From positions 32,001-96,000 of the forward strand of contig JAVRCV020000008.1 of assembly GCA_034530615.2 (NCBI GenBank): DNA of 64,000 nucleotides. Direction: 5' to 3'. Made by a program: the position numbers and the translations under genes. The notes under the pieces were generated by a model, which was not told where the DNA came from, did not search any database, and saw nothing but the letters and a program-made list of their open reading frames with translations. Positions 31,041-40,514 of this stretch are shown one piece after another. The stretch comes from Aulosira sp. ZfuVER01. GTDB lineage: Bacteria; Cyanobacteriota; Cyanobacteriia; Cyanobacteriales; Nostocaceae. The first letter of the stretch is position 1. Each line of letters begins with the position of its first letter.

Positions 31041-32342
31041 TCATTCACTTGGCTGTAATTCTTGACCTGTTATCAATCTTGCTCCCCGTTTGCGGGTGAC
31101 ATAATTCCATGCCCACTGGAGCATTACGATTAATTTATTGTCAAATTCGATTAAGAAGTAGATATGAATAAATAGCCAAAATAGCCATGCAATGAAATCT
31201 GTAAGTTTGATAAAGCCTAAATCTACAACGGCGGAATTATGACCAATCATCGCTAAACTGCCGCGGTCGATGTAAGAAAATTGTGGCAAGGTTTTATTGT
31301 GTAGTCGCTGTTTAATTAATGCCGCTACATATTCCCCTTCCTGCTTGGCTACAGGTGCAACTCCAGGTAGAGGTTTACCAGTTTGATGAGAGAAATTGGC
31401 TAAGTCTCCAATTACAAAAATATTCGGATAGCCTTTAATACTTAAGTCAGGTTCAACGATGACTCGCCCGACGCGATCGCATTCTACACCTGTGCGTTCT
31501 GCTAATACTTTCCCAATTGGCGAAGCTTGAACGCCTGCTGCCCACAATATTGTTTTTGAGGCAATCTTTTTCTCTTCATCTTCTTGTTTGATGGTAACAA
31601 TATCATTTTCAATATTTGTTACCAAGGTTTTTGTTTGCACCTCCACACCAAATCGTCGCAGAGATGCTTCTGCTGTTTGTGATAATTCTGGTGCATAAGG
31701 TGGCAAAATGCGATCCATACCTTCTAAAAGTAGAATTTTTGTTTCTGAAGTATCGATGTTACGAAAATCTTGTTTGAGGGTTTCGTATGCTAAATCTGCG
31801 AGTGCGCCAGCTAACTCTACACCTGTGGGGCCACCACCAACAATCACAAAAGTTAACCAAGCACGGCGTTTTTCTAAATCTGTTTCTTTTTCTGCTGCTT
31901 CAAATGCCATAAAAATTCGGCGGCGCATTTCGATAGCATCTTCTACAGTTTTCAAACCAGGGGCAAATTCTTCCCATTTATCTTTACCAAAATAGGAATG
32001 CTTAACACCTGTAGCAATAATTAATGTGTCATAGGGTATTGCTTCATCGCCAACGATCGCTTTTTGTGCTTGAGTATCAATATCGCTCACTTCACCCAGT
32101 ATCACTTTTGTATTCTTGCTCTTACTCAGTACTGCTCGCAACGGTGAAGAAATATCGGCAGGCGATAGTGTGCCTGTAGCAACTTGGTATAAAAGTGGTT
32201 GAAATAGGTGAAAGTTACGTTTATCAATGAGAGTAACGTTAACATTAGCTTTGGCGAGAGACTGTGCAGTGTACAATCCACCAAAGCCACCACCAACAAT
32301 CACGACTTGATGAGGTGAATTATTCTCAATTGAATCTATCAT
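31041..32342 (-). CDS. Type II NADH dehydrogenase (NDH-2 family)
   Basis: GGGFGG, FQPLLYQVATG, GGGPTGVELAG, IGD, PGVAPVAKQEG. Confidence 0.93.
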   Translation of the reverse strand: MIDSIENNSPHQVVIVGGGFGGLYTAQSLAKANVNVTLIDKRNFHLFQPLLYQVATGTLSPADISSPLRAVLSKSKNTKVILGEVSDIDTQAQKAIVGDEAIPYDTLIIATGVKHSYFGKDKWEEFAPGLKTVEDAIEMRRRIFMAFEAAEKETDLEKRRAWLTFVIVGGGPTGVELAGALADLAYETLKQDFRNIDTSETKILLLEGMDRILPPYAPELSQTAEASLRRFGVEVQTKTLVTNIENDIVTIKQEDEEKKIASKTILWAAGVQASPIGKVLAERTGVECDRVGRVIVEPDLSIKGYPNIFVIGDLANFSHQTGKPLPGVAPVAKQEGEYVAALIKQRLHNKTLPQFSYIDRGSLAMIGHNSAVVDLGFIKLTDFIAWLFWLFIHIYFLIEFDNKLIVMLQWAWNYVTRKRGARLITGQELQPSE

Positions 32343-32493
32343 AAGACATATTTTTGGGTGTTATGGGTGTGAAATTAGTATTAACAAAGATGTATTAAAA
32401 TGCTGAGAAAAAATTCTTTAACTATCGCTGAGTGCGCAAACAAAACGCGAACTATTTCTAAAATCAACTAATGCACTTCAGACTTTTTGAATC

Positions 32494-33552
32494 TCATTTT
32501 TCCTTCTGCCTCCTGCCTCCTGCCTCCTGCCTTTTAGCCGCACTACTACCCCGCTTAACTAAATAAGGAGTTAAAACGCAGTTTTCTACAGTTTTTTCCT
32601 GTAATAAATCGAGTAACATTTGCATCGCAGAACGACCAATTTCTAACATTGGCTGGCGAACTGTGGTGAGTGGGGGTGTAACGTAACCACCTAGAGCAAT
32701 ACCATCAAATCCGACTATGCTTAAATCTTGTGGAACCGAAGTACCTAGTTCTTGACAGCCTAAAAGAGCGCCTACCGCTACCATATCGTTGTAACAAAAG
32801 ATGCCTGTCACCCCAGCCGCAACTAGTTTAGGTAACATTTGTTGGCCTGTAACAACATCACTTGTTCTGACATTATATTCATCACTAATTGCTACCCAAT
32901 CCGCCTTTTGGGGTAAACCAGCTTCACTAAGAGTTTTTTGATATCCTTCTAGACGCTGCTGATTTGATCTGCTGCGATCGCTTACACCCAGGTATCCTAT
33001 AGAAGTGTGTCCTAGGCTGACTAAATGTTCTACAGCTAATCTAGCGCCTAAGCAGTCATCTACTGATACTGAGTGAAAGATTTCGGGTGGATCTTCAGTT
33101 TGGCTATGAATAAATACTGTTGGCACAGCAATTTGCCCTATTTGCTTCGTATCATGTTTACTAATTCGTGAATCCGCCACGAGAATACCGTCCACTCTCC
33201 GGCGATGAAAATTATCAATAGCCGCTATTTCCAGATCGACATTGCGGTGTGAAGTACTCAACAACACACTTAAACCTGATGTTCTGGCTATTTGTTCTAT
33301 TCCCTCTACTACTTCCGAAAAAAAGGGATCTGCTATTGAAGTTACTACTACCCCAATAGTATTAGTACGTTGAGTTTGTAAACTTTGCGCAATACTATTA
33401 GGAACATAACCCATCTCTCGCGCCAACTGCTTAATTTCCTCTCTTACCTTAGGGCTAATTAGAGTGCTATCTCGCAAAGCGCGTGAAACCGTGGTGTGAG
33501 AAACACCTGCTTTTCGAGCAATATCTTCTATTGAGATTTTTCGTTTACTCAT
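32494..33552 (-). CDS. hrmR: LacI/GalR family repressor (HrmR)
   Basis: ISIEDIARKAGVSHTTVSRAL, YVPNSIA, SIVGFD, PPLTTVRQP; hrm-type context. Confidence 0.9.
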   Translation of the reverse strand: MSKRKISIEDIARKAGVSHTTVSRALRDSTLISPKVREEIKQLAREMGYVPNSIAQSLQTQRTNTIGVVVTSIADPFFSEVVEGIEQIARTSGLSVLLSTSHRNVDLEIAAIDNFHRRRVDGILVADSRISKHDTKQIGQIAVPTVFIHSQTEDPPEIFHSVSVDDCLGARLAVEHLVSLGHTSIGYLGVSDRSRSNQQRLEGYQKTLSEAGLPQKADWVAISDEYNVRTSDVVTGQQMLPKLVAAGVTGIFCYNDMVAVGALLGCQELGTSVPQDLSIVGFDGIALGGYVTPPLTTVRQPMLEIGRSAMQMLLDLLQEKTVENCVLTPYLVKRGSSAAKRQEAGGRRQKEK

Positions 33553-33571
33553 TTATTATCTTACTTCTTTT

Positions 33572-33587
33572 ATGCACACGTGTGCAT
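33572..33587. promoter_or_regulatory. LacI-type operator candidate
   Basis: Perfect 16-bp palindrome ATGCACACGTGTGCAT with central CG in the 74-bp divergent hrmR/gluconokinase spacer. Confidence 0.8.
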
Positions 33588-33626
33588 TACAATATCAATT
33601 ATTAGGAAAATTGAATCACTTGTCAA

Positions 33627-34112
33627 ATGATTATTCTTGTAATGGGTGTTTCTGGATCTGGCAAAACCACCGTAGGAAAAATGCTAGCAGACTCGTTAGG
33701 CTGGACATTTAGCGACGCTGACGCTTTCCATTCGCCGGAGAATGTCGAAAAAATGCGGCAAGGTATTCCCTTGAGTGAAGCTGATAGGACACCTTGGTTA
33801 CAAGATTTGCAAACAGCTATTAAACATTGGCTACAAGAAAATAAAAATGTGGTGCTAGCGTGTTCGGCGTTAAAAGATAGCTATCGTCAATTTTTGGTGG
33901 TTGATAGCGAACGCATCAAGCTAGTGTACCTCAAAGGGTCTTATGAGTTGATTCAAAAGCGCCTTCAAGAACGTCAAAATCACTATATGAGTGATATACT
34001 TCTCACCAGCCAGTTTAATACTCTGGAAGAACCGTTAGAGACTATATATATAGATATTGCAGAGTCACCCCAGGCAATTGTCCAGAATATTAGAAGTGTT
34101 TTAGAAATTTAG
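33627..34112 (+). CDS. gntK: Gluconokinase (HrmK)
   Basis: MGVSGSGKT, DADAFH, VLACSALK, SQFNTLEEP. Confidence 0.95.
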   Translation: MIILVMGVSGSGKTTVGKMLADSLGWTFSDADAFHSPENVEKMRQGIPLSEADRTPWLQDLQTAIKHWLQENKNVVLACSALKDSYRQFLVVDSERIKLVYLKGSYELIQKRLQERQNHYMSDILLTSQFNTLEEPLETIYIDIAESPQAIVQNIRSVLEI

Positions 34113-34237
34113 CGGAAACAAAAAAGGTGAATTGCGCCTCTACGAATACAGAATATTTTGGCAATTAAATTACATTAGACATCAATCTCAAGAAAATATA
34201 CAAGCGATCGCCTAACTGCGATCGAAGGAGGGAACAA

Positions 34238-34582
34238 ATGTTTCTCAGATTAGCGCAACAACATCGGGAATTTGTCAAAGACTTGGTAATGAACCTGCAA
34301 GCCTTGGCAATTGTACTCGATCGCCGGGGTTATCCAGCCTCTTGTTATACTTGCGGCGACAAAATGAACAGCGGTTCATTTATGGTTAGCTTGGGAGAAA
34401 ATCACTTGATTCGGTTTTTAGTATCTGATTACGGCATTACGTGGACAGAAATGAAGGATGACCACGAATTAATGAAATTGGAAGGTGCAGAAGCGATAAA
34501 TCAATTACAAGAGTTGGCTAATATCGTCAAGTATCTGAATACAGATAATCAAATTGACTTTGTCAATAATATTTGTTGTTAG
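34238..34582 (+). CDS. DUF1815 family protein
   Basis: MFLRLAQQHR...ASCYTC...RFLVSDYGITWTE. Confidence 0.85.
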   Translation: MFLRLAQQHREFVKDLVMNLQALAIVLDRRGYPASCYTCGDKMNSGSFMVSLGENHLIRFLVSDYGITWTEMKDDHELMKLEGAEAINQLQELANIVKYLNTDNQIDFVNNICC

Positions 34583-34793
34583 CTTCATGTAGATATATTG
34601 CACTCCTATTTGATTTGTAAACTTAGATATGATTTTATCTATCCATTAGTTTCTGATGATCGCGATGCCGAAAAGAAAATGGCAAGAACTATTAGACAAC
34701 AAACTATCCATAATGATCTTGAAAGCGCGATCGCCTACTTTTAAAAGTGTCAAAATCAAGTAGGCGATTCTGAAAAACAATCTGGAGAGCAAC

Positions 34794-36185
34794 TTGCCTA
34801 AATCGATTCAATCCATTCAACCACCACTAAAATTTATTCCTCCACGCTTTAACGCAGTCATACTCCAGATTGCTAAGTGGTTGCTGCCAATTTTGTTGCG
34901 TTTGCGGCTGCGACCTTGGTTGCCAGCAGGTATTATCAAGATTGAAGCGAAAAATGCTGAAGTGTTAGCCCAGCTTTATGAAAAGTTCCAAGCTGGCAAA
35001 GTTCGCTTTTTGTTGGCGTTTCGGCATCCAGAGGTAGACGATCCGCTTTGTATGTTCTATCTACTTTCTCGGATTGTGCCAAAAGTCGCGCGTCAGCAAG
35101 GAATCAAGTTGCACTATCCAGTTCACTCTCACTTTCTCTACGATCGCGGTATGACTTTGTGGGCTGGTGACTGGCTGGGTTGGTTTTTCTCTTTGCTGGG
35201 AGGTGTTGCAATTCGTCGGGGTAAGCGATTAGATAGACAAGCTATCCAAACAGCACGAGATTTATTTGCCAATAGTAAAATGCCAATCTCAGTTGCACCA
35301 GAAGGCGGTACTAATGGTCATAGTGGCGTTGTTAGCCCCTTAGAACCTGGTGTTTCCCAACTGGGGTTTTGGTGTGTAGAAGACTTAGCCAAAGCCAACC
35401 GTCCTGAGACTGTTTTTGTTGTGCCGATCGCTATCCAGTATCGCTACGTTAACCCACCTTGGTCACAACTAGAGCGCTTGTTGAGTAAATTAGAAGCTGA
35501 TAGTGGCTTGCCAGTATTACCTGTTGAGAATGGTATAAATGGACAGCCAGAAATTTACTATCAACGCCTGTGTCGGCTGGCGGAACACGTTATTTCCGAA
35601 ATGGAAGAATTTTATCGTCGTTTCTATCATCAAAATCTTCCCCCTATCCCCAATCAAGAAATAATTTCCCGTCTGCACCGCCTGCTAGATACCGCCTTAC
35701 AAATGTCCGAGCAATATTTTAATATCCAGCCACAGGGAAATTTTATCGATCGCTGTCGTCGTTTGGAAGAGGCTGGTTGGAGTTACATTTACCGCGAAGA
35801 TATACCTGATATCGCTGCTTTATCACCCCTGAATCGCGGATTAGGCGACTGGATTGCTGAAGAAGCAGATTTGCGAATGCGACACATGCGCTTAGTCGAA
35901 AGTTTTGTCGCCGTCACCGCCAGCTATATTCAGGAACAACCAACAGCTGAACGCTGTGCAGAAATAACGCTACTGATATTCGATATGCTGTCTCGAATTA
36001 GTGAGCGAAAACCGCCTGCACGTCCCCGGTTAGGTTGGCGAACAGCAAGGATCAGCGTAGGTGAGCCAATTTCTGTTACAGAACGCTGGGCAAATTCTCA
36101 AGGCGATCGCCAAGCATCTCGCAACGCTACAAGTCAGTTAACACGAGACTTGAAACTTGCTTTAGAAGAGTTAATTGCCAGATAA
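34794..36185 (+). CDS. Glycerolipid acyltransferase (PlsC-like) family protein
   Basis: HPEVDD (HX4D), APEGG, VPIAIQY. Confidence 0.85.
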   Translation: MPKSIQSIQPPLKFIPPRFNAVILQIAKWLLPILLRLRLRPWLPAGIIKIEAKNAEVLAQLYEKFQAGKVRFLLAFRHPEVDDPLCMFYLLSRIVPKVARQQGIKLHYPVHSHFLYDRGMTLWAGDWLGWFFSLLGGVAIRRGKRLDRQAIQTARDLFANSKMPISVAPEGGTNGHSGVVSPLEPGVSQLGFWCVEDLAKANRPETVFVVPIAIQYRYVNPPWSQLERLLSKLEADSGLPVLPVENGINGQPEIYYQRLCRLAEHVISEMEEFYRRFYHQNLPPIPNQEIISRLHRLLDTALQMSEQYFNIQPQGNFIDRCRRLEEAGWSYIYREDIPDIAALSPLNRGLGDWIAEEADLRMRHMRLVESFVAVTASYIQEQPTAERCAEITLLIFDMLSRISERKPPARPRLGWRTARISVGEPISVTERWANSQGDRQASRNATSQLTRDLKLALEELIAR

Positions 36186-36230
36186 AATTCGATATATGAA
36201 TTATAAATATTTTAACCACTTGCTACTAAC

Positions 36231-36264
36231 AAGATCCCCGAATTATTGAAGAAGTCGGGGATCT
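36231..36264. repeat. Dispersed palindrome / possible terminator
   Basis: aagatccccgaattattgaagaagtcggggatct. Confidence 0.55.
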
Positions 36265-36342
36265 GAACCTCTCGATTTTCATAAATCAAATATCTTAAAT
36301 GCTCGTTTGATGATTTTTTCTCAGCGTTGAGAAATCTGGCAC

Positions 36343-37110
36343 ATGCTATCTCAGAATTTCATTATTCAAAACTTCTCAGAAATTTTAATTTTTGTGACTT
36401 TTATCGGATTAGTTGGGTGGACGATAAGCGATCGCGTTAGTCGTACTCAACTAAAAGTTAAAAGTCGTCAAGATTGGTTGCTCGATGGTATAGGTTTAAC
36501 GATTCAAGGAATTTTGATTCCTTTACTACAGGCGACCTTAGTTTATTGGCTTTACCATAATTTATTACCGAATTATCAGGGATATCTAAAAGTATCACCA
36601 ATTTTTACTTTTTTTATCAGCTTTGTTCTAATTGATTACTTATATTATTGGAATCATCGTTTATTGCATAGTCAATGGTTTTGGCAAGTGCATCAAGTAC
36701 ATCATACCGTCACGCAGATGGATGTACTAGGAACTTCTCGTAATACCATTTGGACAAGTTTGTTAATTATTTATTTATGGATACACACTTTGTTTGTATA
36801 TTTATTAGCCGATCCAACAGGTTATCTATTGGGAGTAAGTTTAACTTCTGCTCTGGATTTATGGCGACATAGCCGCTTGATGATTGCTGAAAATTACTGG
36901 CTATATAGATTTTTATTCCCTTGGTTAATCCTACCGCAGGATCATGCATGGCATCATTGCAGTGAAGTTTTTAATCGCAACTATGGCGCTAATGTAAAAA
37001 TTTGGGATAAGTTACATGGAACATATTATGAAAGTCAATATTCACCATCTACAATCGGAATTACTACTTCCCTAACTTTCACTCAAAAACTCTTATTTCC
37101 CTTTTTATAA
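36343..37110 (+). CDS. Sterol desaturase/fatty-acid hydroxylase family di-iron enzyme
   Basis: His boxes HRLLH, HQVHH, HAWHH; NYG...WDKLHGT. Confidence 0.92.
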   Translation: MLSQNFIIQNFSEILIFVTFIGLVGWTISDRVSRTQLKVKSRQDWLLDGIGLTIQGILIPLLQATLVYWLYHNLLPNYQGYLKVSPIFTFFISFVLIDYLYYWNHRLLHSQWFWQVHQVHHTVTQMDVLGTSRNTIWTSLLIIYLWIHTLFVYLLADPTGYLLGVSLTSALDLWRHSRLMIAENYWLYRFLFPWLILPQDHAWHHCSEVFNRNYGANVKIWDKLHGTYYESQYSPSTIGITTSLTFTQKLLFPFL

Positions 37111-37180
37111 GAGCAGACTATACACTGAATAAAAATCTTTCTCTCTATGCCCAATCCCCCATGCCCGATGCCCAATTTAC

Positions 37181-37789
37181 ATGACCTTTTTAAGTAAAAT
37201 TCTGTTATTTTTTCCCACCCTGATATTAATGCTAACTGGGGCAGCAATAGTCTATCTCGCCTATTCACCCAGCATATTCAGTATTCTGGCTGTGTTGCTT
37301 TCTATTTATGGTTTGCCTCTAATAGTTTACCGCTGGCATCAATGGGTATACCCTGTACAGGAAGGCATTAGTTATTTAATTGGGAAAGAATATAGCCCTT
37401 GGTGGGGTAGTCATCAAATCCAGGTAATTTATATTACTATTCCGGTGTTAGAAGCAGTTCTGCGACTGATACCAGGTGCATTTTCGTTTTGGTTGCGATT
37501 GTGGGGTGCTAAGGTGGGGCGAAATGTCTACTGGACACCGGGATTAGAAATTGCCGATCGCGGTTTATTAGAAATTGGCGATCGCGTGGTTATGGGTCAT
37601 CGGGTTGCTATTTCTTCCCATGTCATCAAGCCCCGCAAGCAAAACTTAATGTTGTATGTCAAAAAAGTCAAGATTGGCAACGATGTCTTTGTGGGAGCCG
37701 GATCTATTCTCGCACCTGGTGTAGTCATTGGGGATGGCACATTTTTGACAATGGCTACCAACCTTTCTCCTAACCAGCAGGTTCCATAA
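37181..37789 (+). CDS. Membrane-anchored hexapeptide-repeat (LbH) acyltransferase-like protein
   Basis: TM segments, LRLWGAKVG, VKIGNDVFVGAGSILAPGVVIG. Confidence 0.85.
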   Translation: MTFLSKILLFFPTLILMLTGAAIVYLAYSPSIFSILAVLLSIYGLPLIVYRWHQWVYPVQEGISYLIGKEYSPWWGSHQIQVIYITIPVLEAVLRLIPGAFSFWLRLWGAKVGRNVYWTPGLEIADRGLLEIGDRVVMGHRVAISSHVIKPRKQNLMLYVKKVKIGNDVFVGAGSILAPGVVIGDGTFLTMATNLSPNQQVP

Positions 37790-39303
37790 TGCGTCCAATT
37801 ATTCAACTCTTTGGGCAAATACTCGCAGCAAGTGCAAGGCGATTTCAGCAAGCATTGGATAATCCTGAGTCAATGCAGATATCTGTACACAAAGAGATTT
37901 GCGATCGCCTAATTAAAAGTGAGTATGGTAAAGCCTTGGGAATTCATTCTGTAGCAGATTGGCAAAACGTACCGATTGTTAATTACGACGCACTCGAACC
38001 TTGGATTCCTGCACATAACAAACCTCAGCAAATTCCCCTGACTCCCGAACCCATTTTGTTTTATGAAAAAACCTCTGGTAGTAGTGGGGCGGCGAAATGG
38101 ATTCCCTACACTAAGTCTTTGCGCCGATCTTTCAATCAGATGTTTTGTGTATGGGCGCACGATCTGATTGTAAATGGCCCGAAATTCTCCACAGGTAAGC
38201 TTTACGCCTGTATATCGCTGCAATTAAATCTGCCTGATTCCCAATCTTTACAGGATGACCTAGATTATTTAGATGGTTGGCTGCGTTGGTTGCTGCGCCC
38301 TTGGTTGGTGATACCGGATGGACTAAATCGCCTCCACGATCCGCAGTTGTTTAAACATCAGCTGGCTTTGGCATTATTGCAGGCTGAGACACTGGAAATT
38401 ATTTCGATTTGGAGTCCGAGTTTCCTGCAAGTACATCTAAAATACATTCAGGAAAATCAGGAGTTATTGCGAACAGAATTACATAACCGAGTATCGCGCG
38501 ATCGCTTACAAATCCTTAGCGAAAGTAAAATTCCCTGGACACAACTTTGGTCAAACTTAAAGCTGATTTCTTGCTGGGATAGCGCCAACGCCGCCGATCA
38601 AGCACAAGGATTGCGATCGCAATTTCCGGGTGTGTTAGTTCAAGGTAAAGGACTACTAGCAACCGAAGCCCCAATGACGATTCCGTTAATTGCTGCTGGG
38701 GGTTATGTTCCGGTTCTCGATGAAGTTTTTTTCGAGTTTGAGGATGATGCTGGTTCACTACATGGGTTACACGAACTCAGCAACGGACAGGAATACACGA
38801 TTATTTTGTCACAGAAAGGAGGTTTGTATCGTTATCGAATAGGCGATCGCGTCCGGGTGACTCATTGGTATCGCCAAACCCCCTGTTTAGAATTTTTGGG
38901 GCGACACCAAACCATCAGCGATTTAGTGGGCGAAAAGTTGCACGAAGCTTTTGTACATGATGCTTTGAATCGCATGAACTTACAGGGAACTCACTTTAAA
39001 AGTTTAGTTCCCGTTGCTAATCCACCTCATTATCTTTTGTTACTTGATGCAGCAAAAGAAACCCCAGAAACCATTGCCCAACAACTGGATTATGCCTTAT
39101 CACAGTCGCATCACTACTATCGTGCGCGCGCGATCGGTCAACTTGCACCAGTACAGGTTTTAATTTCTCATCAAATTCCTGAACTGTTAGCCTTGCATCG
39201 CATCCGTAGTGGTAGTATCTGGGGAGGTATTAAGCATCAAATTCTGGCAACATCACCTATTAATACTGAACTTTTAGAAGCATTGCAATTAGGGAATTCC
39301 TAA
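37789..39303 (+). CDS. GH3 family acyl-adenylate/amido synthetase
   Basis: EKTSGSSG, GLLATEA, GLYRYRIGD, GEKL; TAATG stop/start coupling with the upstream gene. Confidence 0.9.
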   Translation: MRPIIQLFGQILAASARRFQQALDNPESMQISVHKEICDRLIKSEYGKALGIHSVADWQNVPIVNYDALEPWIPAHNKPQQIPLTPEPILFYEKTSGSSGAAKWIPYTKSLRRSFNQMFCVWAHDLIVNGPKFSTGKLYACISLQLNLPDSQSLQDDLDYLDGWLRWLLRPWLVIPDGLNRLHDPQLFKHQLALALLQAETLEIISIWSPSFLQVHLKYIQENQELLRTELHNRVSRDRLQILSESKIPWTQLWSNLKLISCWDSANAADQAQGLRSQFPGVLVQGKGLLATEAPMTIPLIAAGGYVPVLDEVFFEFEDDAGSLHGLHELSNGQEYTIILSQKGGLYRYRIGDRVRVTHWYRQTPCLEFLGRHQTISDLVGEKLHEAFVHDALNRMNLQGTHFKSLVPVANPPHYLLLLDAAKETPETIAQQLDYALSQSHHYYRARAIGQLAPVQVLISHQIPELLALHRIRSGSIWGGIKHQILATSPINTELLEALQLGNS

Positions 39304-40100
39304 TTTCTTTTGAGTTCATGCATACTTTTTACCACTTTTGTTACCAGATTTCTTGGTGTAAATCTGACACTTTCAGCTAGTATTTTATTTCTTAAACCAG
39401 GAACTACAACTGTTTTATTTGCCATTAAGCTGCGATAACCGATTTTGGCAACTGTTTCTGTATCCATCATTCGATTAACGCTAGAAATCTTGGATTCTTC
39501 CATTGCAGCTGATTGTTGAAATGCCGTTGCTGTTGGCCCTGGACAAAGAGTCGTAACAGTAACACCTGTATCTTCTAATTCATTAGCAATTGCTTCCGAA
39601 AAAGATAAAACATAGGCTTTAGTAGCGAAATAAACTGCCATTAAAGGCCCTGGTTGAAAAGCAGCAACCGAGGCAACATTTAATATTTTTCCATAGCGTT
39701 GCGCTACCATATCTTTGAGAAACAACTTTGTTAAATGGGTGAGACTCACTATATTGACCTGTAACATCTTCAGTTCAGTATTCAGGTCTGTTTCAGCAAA
39801 TACTCCATAGGTACCAAATCCGGCATTGTTAACCAACACATCAACCTTGATAGATACTTGCTGTAACTCAATAAAAATTTCTTCTGGAGATGTTGATATA
39901 GATAAATCCTTAACAAGAGTTTTGACAAAAATGCCAAACTTTTCCGGAAATTCCGCTGCCATCTCATTGAGTTTTTCTTCTTGCTTATCTACTAACACAA
40001 GATTGTAACGATTCCGAGCAAAAATGTATGCTAATTGGTAGCCAATTCCACTAGATGCCCCAGTAATCAGAGCAGTTTTTTGGCGCTGACCTTCATTCAT
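39300..40100 (-). CDS. Short-chain dehydrogenase/reductase
   Basis: TGASSGIG, NNAGFG, YFATK. Confidence 0.92.
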   Translation of the reverse strand: MNEGQRQKTALITGASSGIGYQLAYIFARNRYNLVLVDKQEEKLNEMAAEFPEKFGIFVKTLVKDLSISTSPEEIFIELQQVSIKVDVLVNNAGFGTYGVFAETDLNTELKMLQVNIVSLTHLTKLFLKDMVAQRYGKILNVASVAAFQPGPLMAVYFATKAYVLSFSEAIANELEDTGVTVTTLCPGPTATAFQQSAAMEESKISSVNRMMDTETVAKIGYRSLMANKTVVVPGLRNKILAESVRFTPRNLVTKVVKSMHELKRN

Positions 40101-40514
40101 GTGTTGTATTTATCTCAAAAATATAGTGAATCCAAGTCGATTAAAGTTTGGTAGATGATGTAATAAATAGCAGTATTTTACGTAGCAATATCTTGGGCAT
40201 AACTATCCAAAGATTCTTGCTTGGCTAATAGTAATAGAAAGCTGCGGTTAATTCCGTTAACAAATTAACCAATATAGGAACTATGTTGAATATTTAAAAA
40301 ATTGTAGAGTGGCCAATGCGCACTAAAACTTGTATATAAAATTGCTCTTCTATGAGCTTCACGTAAAAATACAGTTAACTTGAAAATAATAATATAATAA
40401 ATTACAGCCTATTGTGTGCTATTAACTACATAGATAAAAACCGAAACTTTTCAGAAACACTAAATTATAGCTTCTATATGTGGTTCATAAAAATGCCAAT
40501 GCAAAATACTGTAT

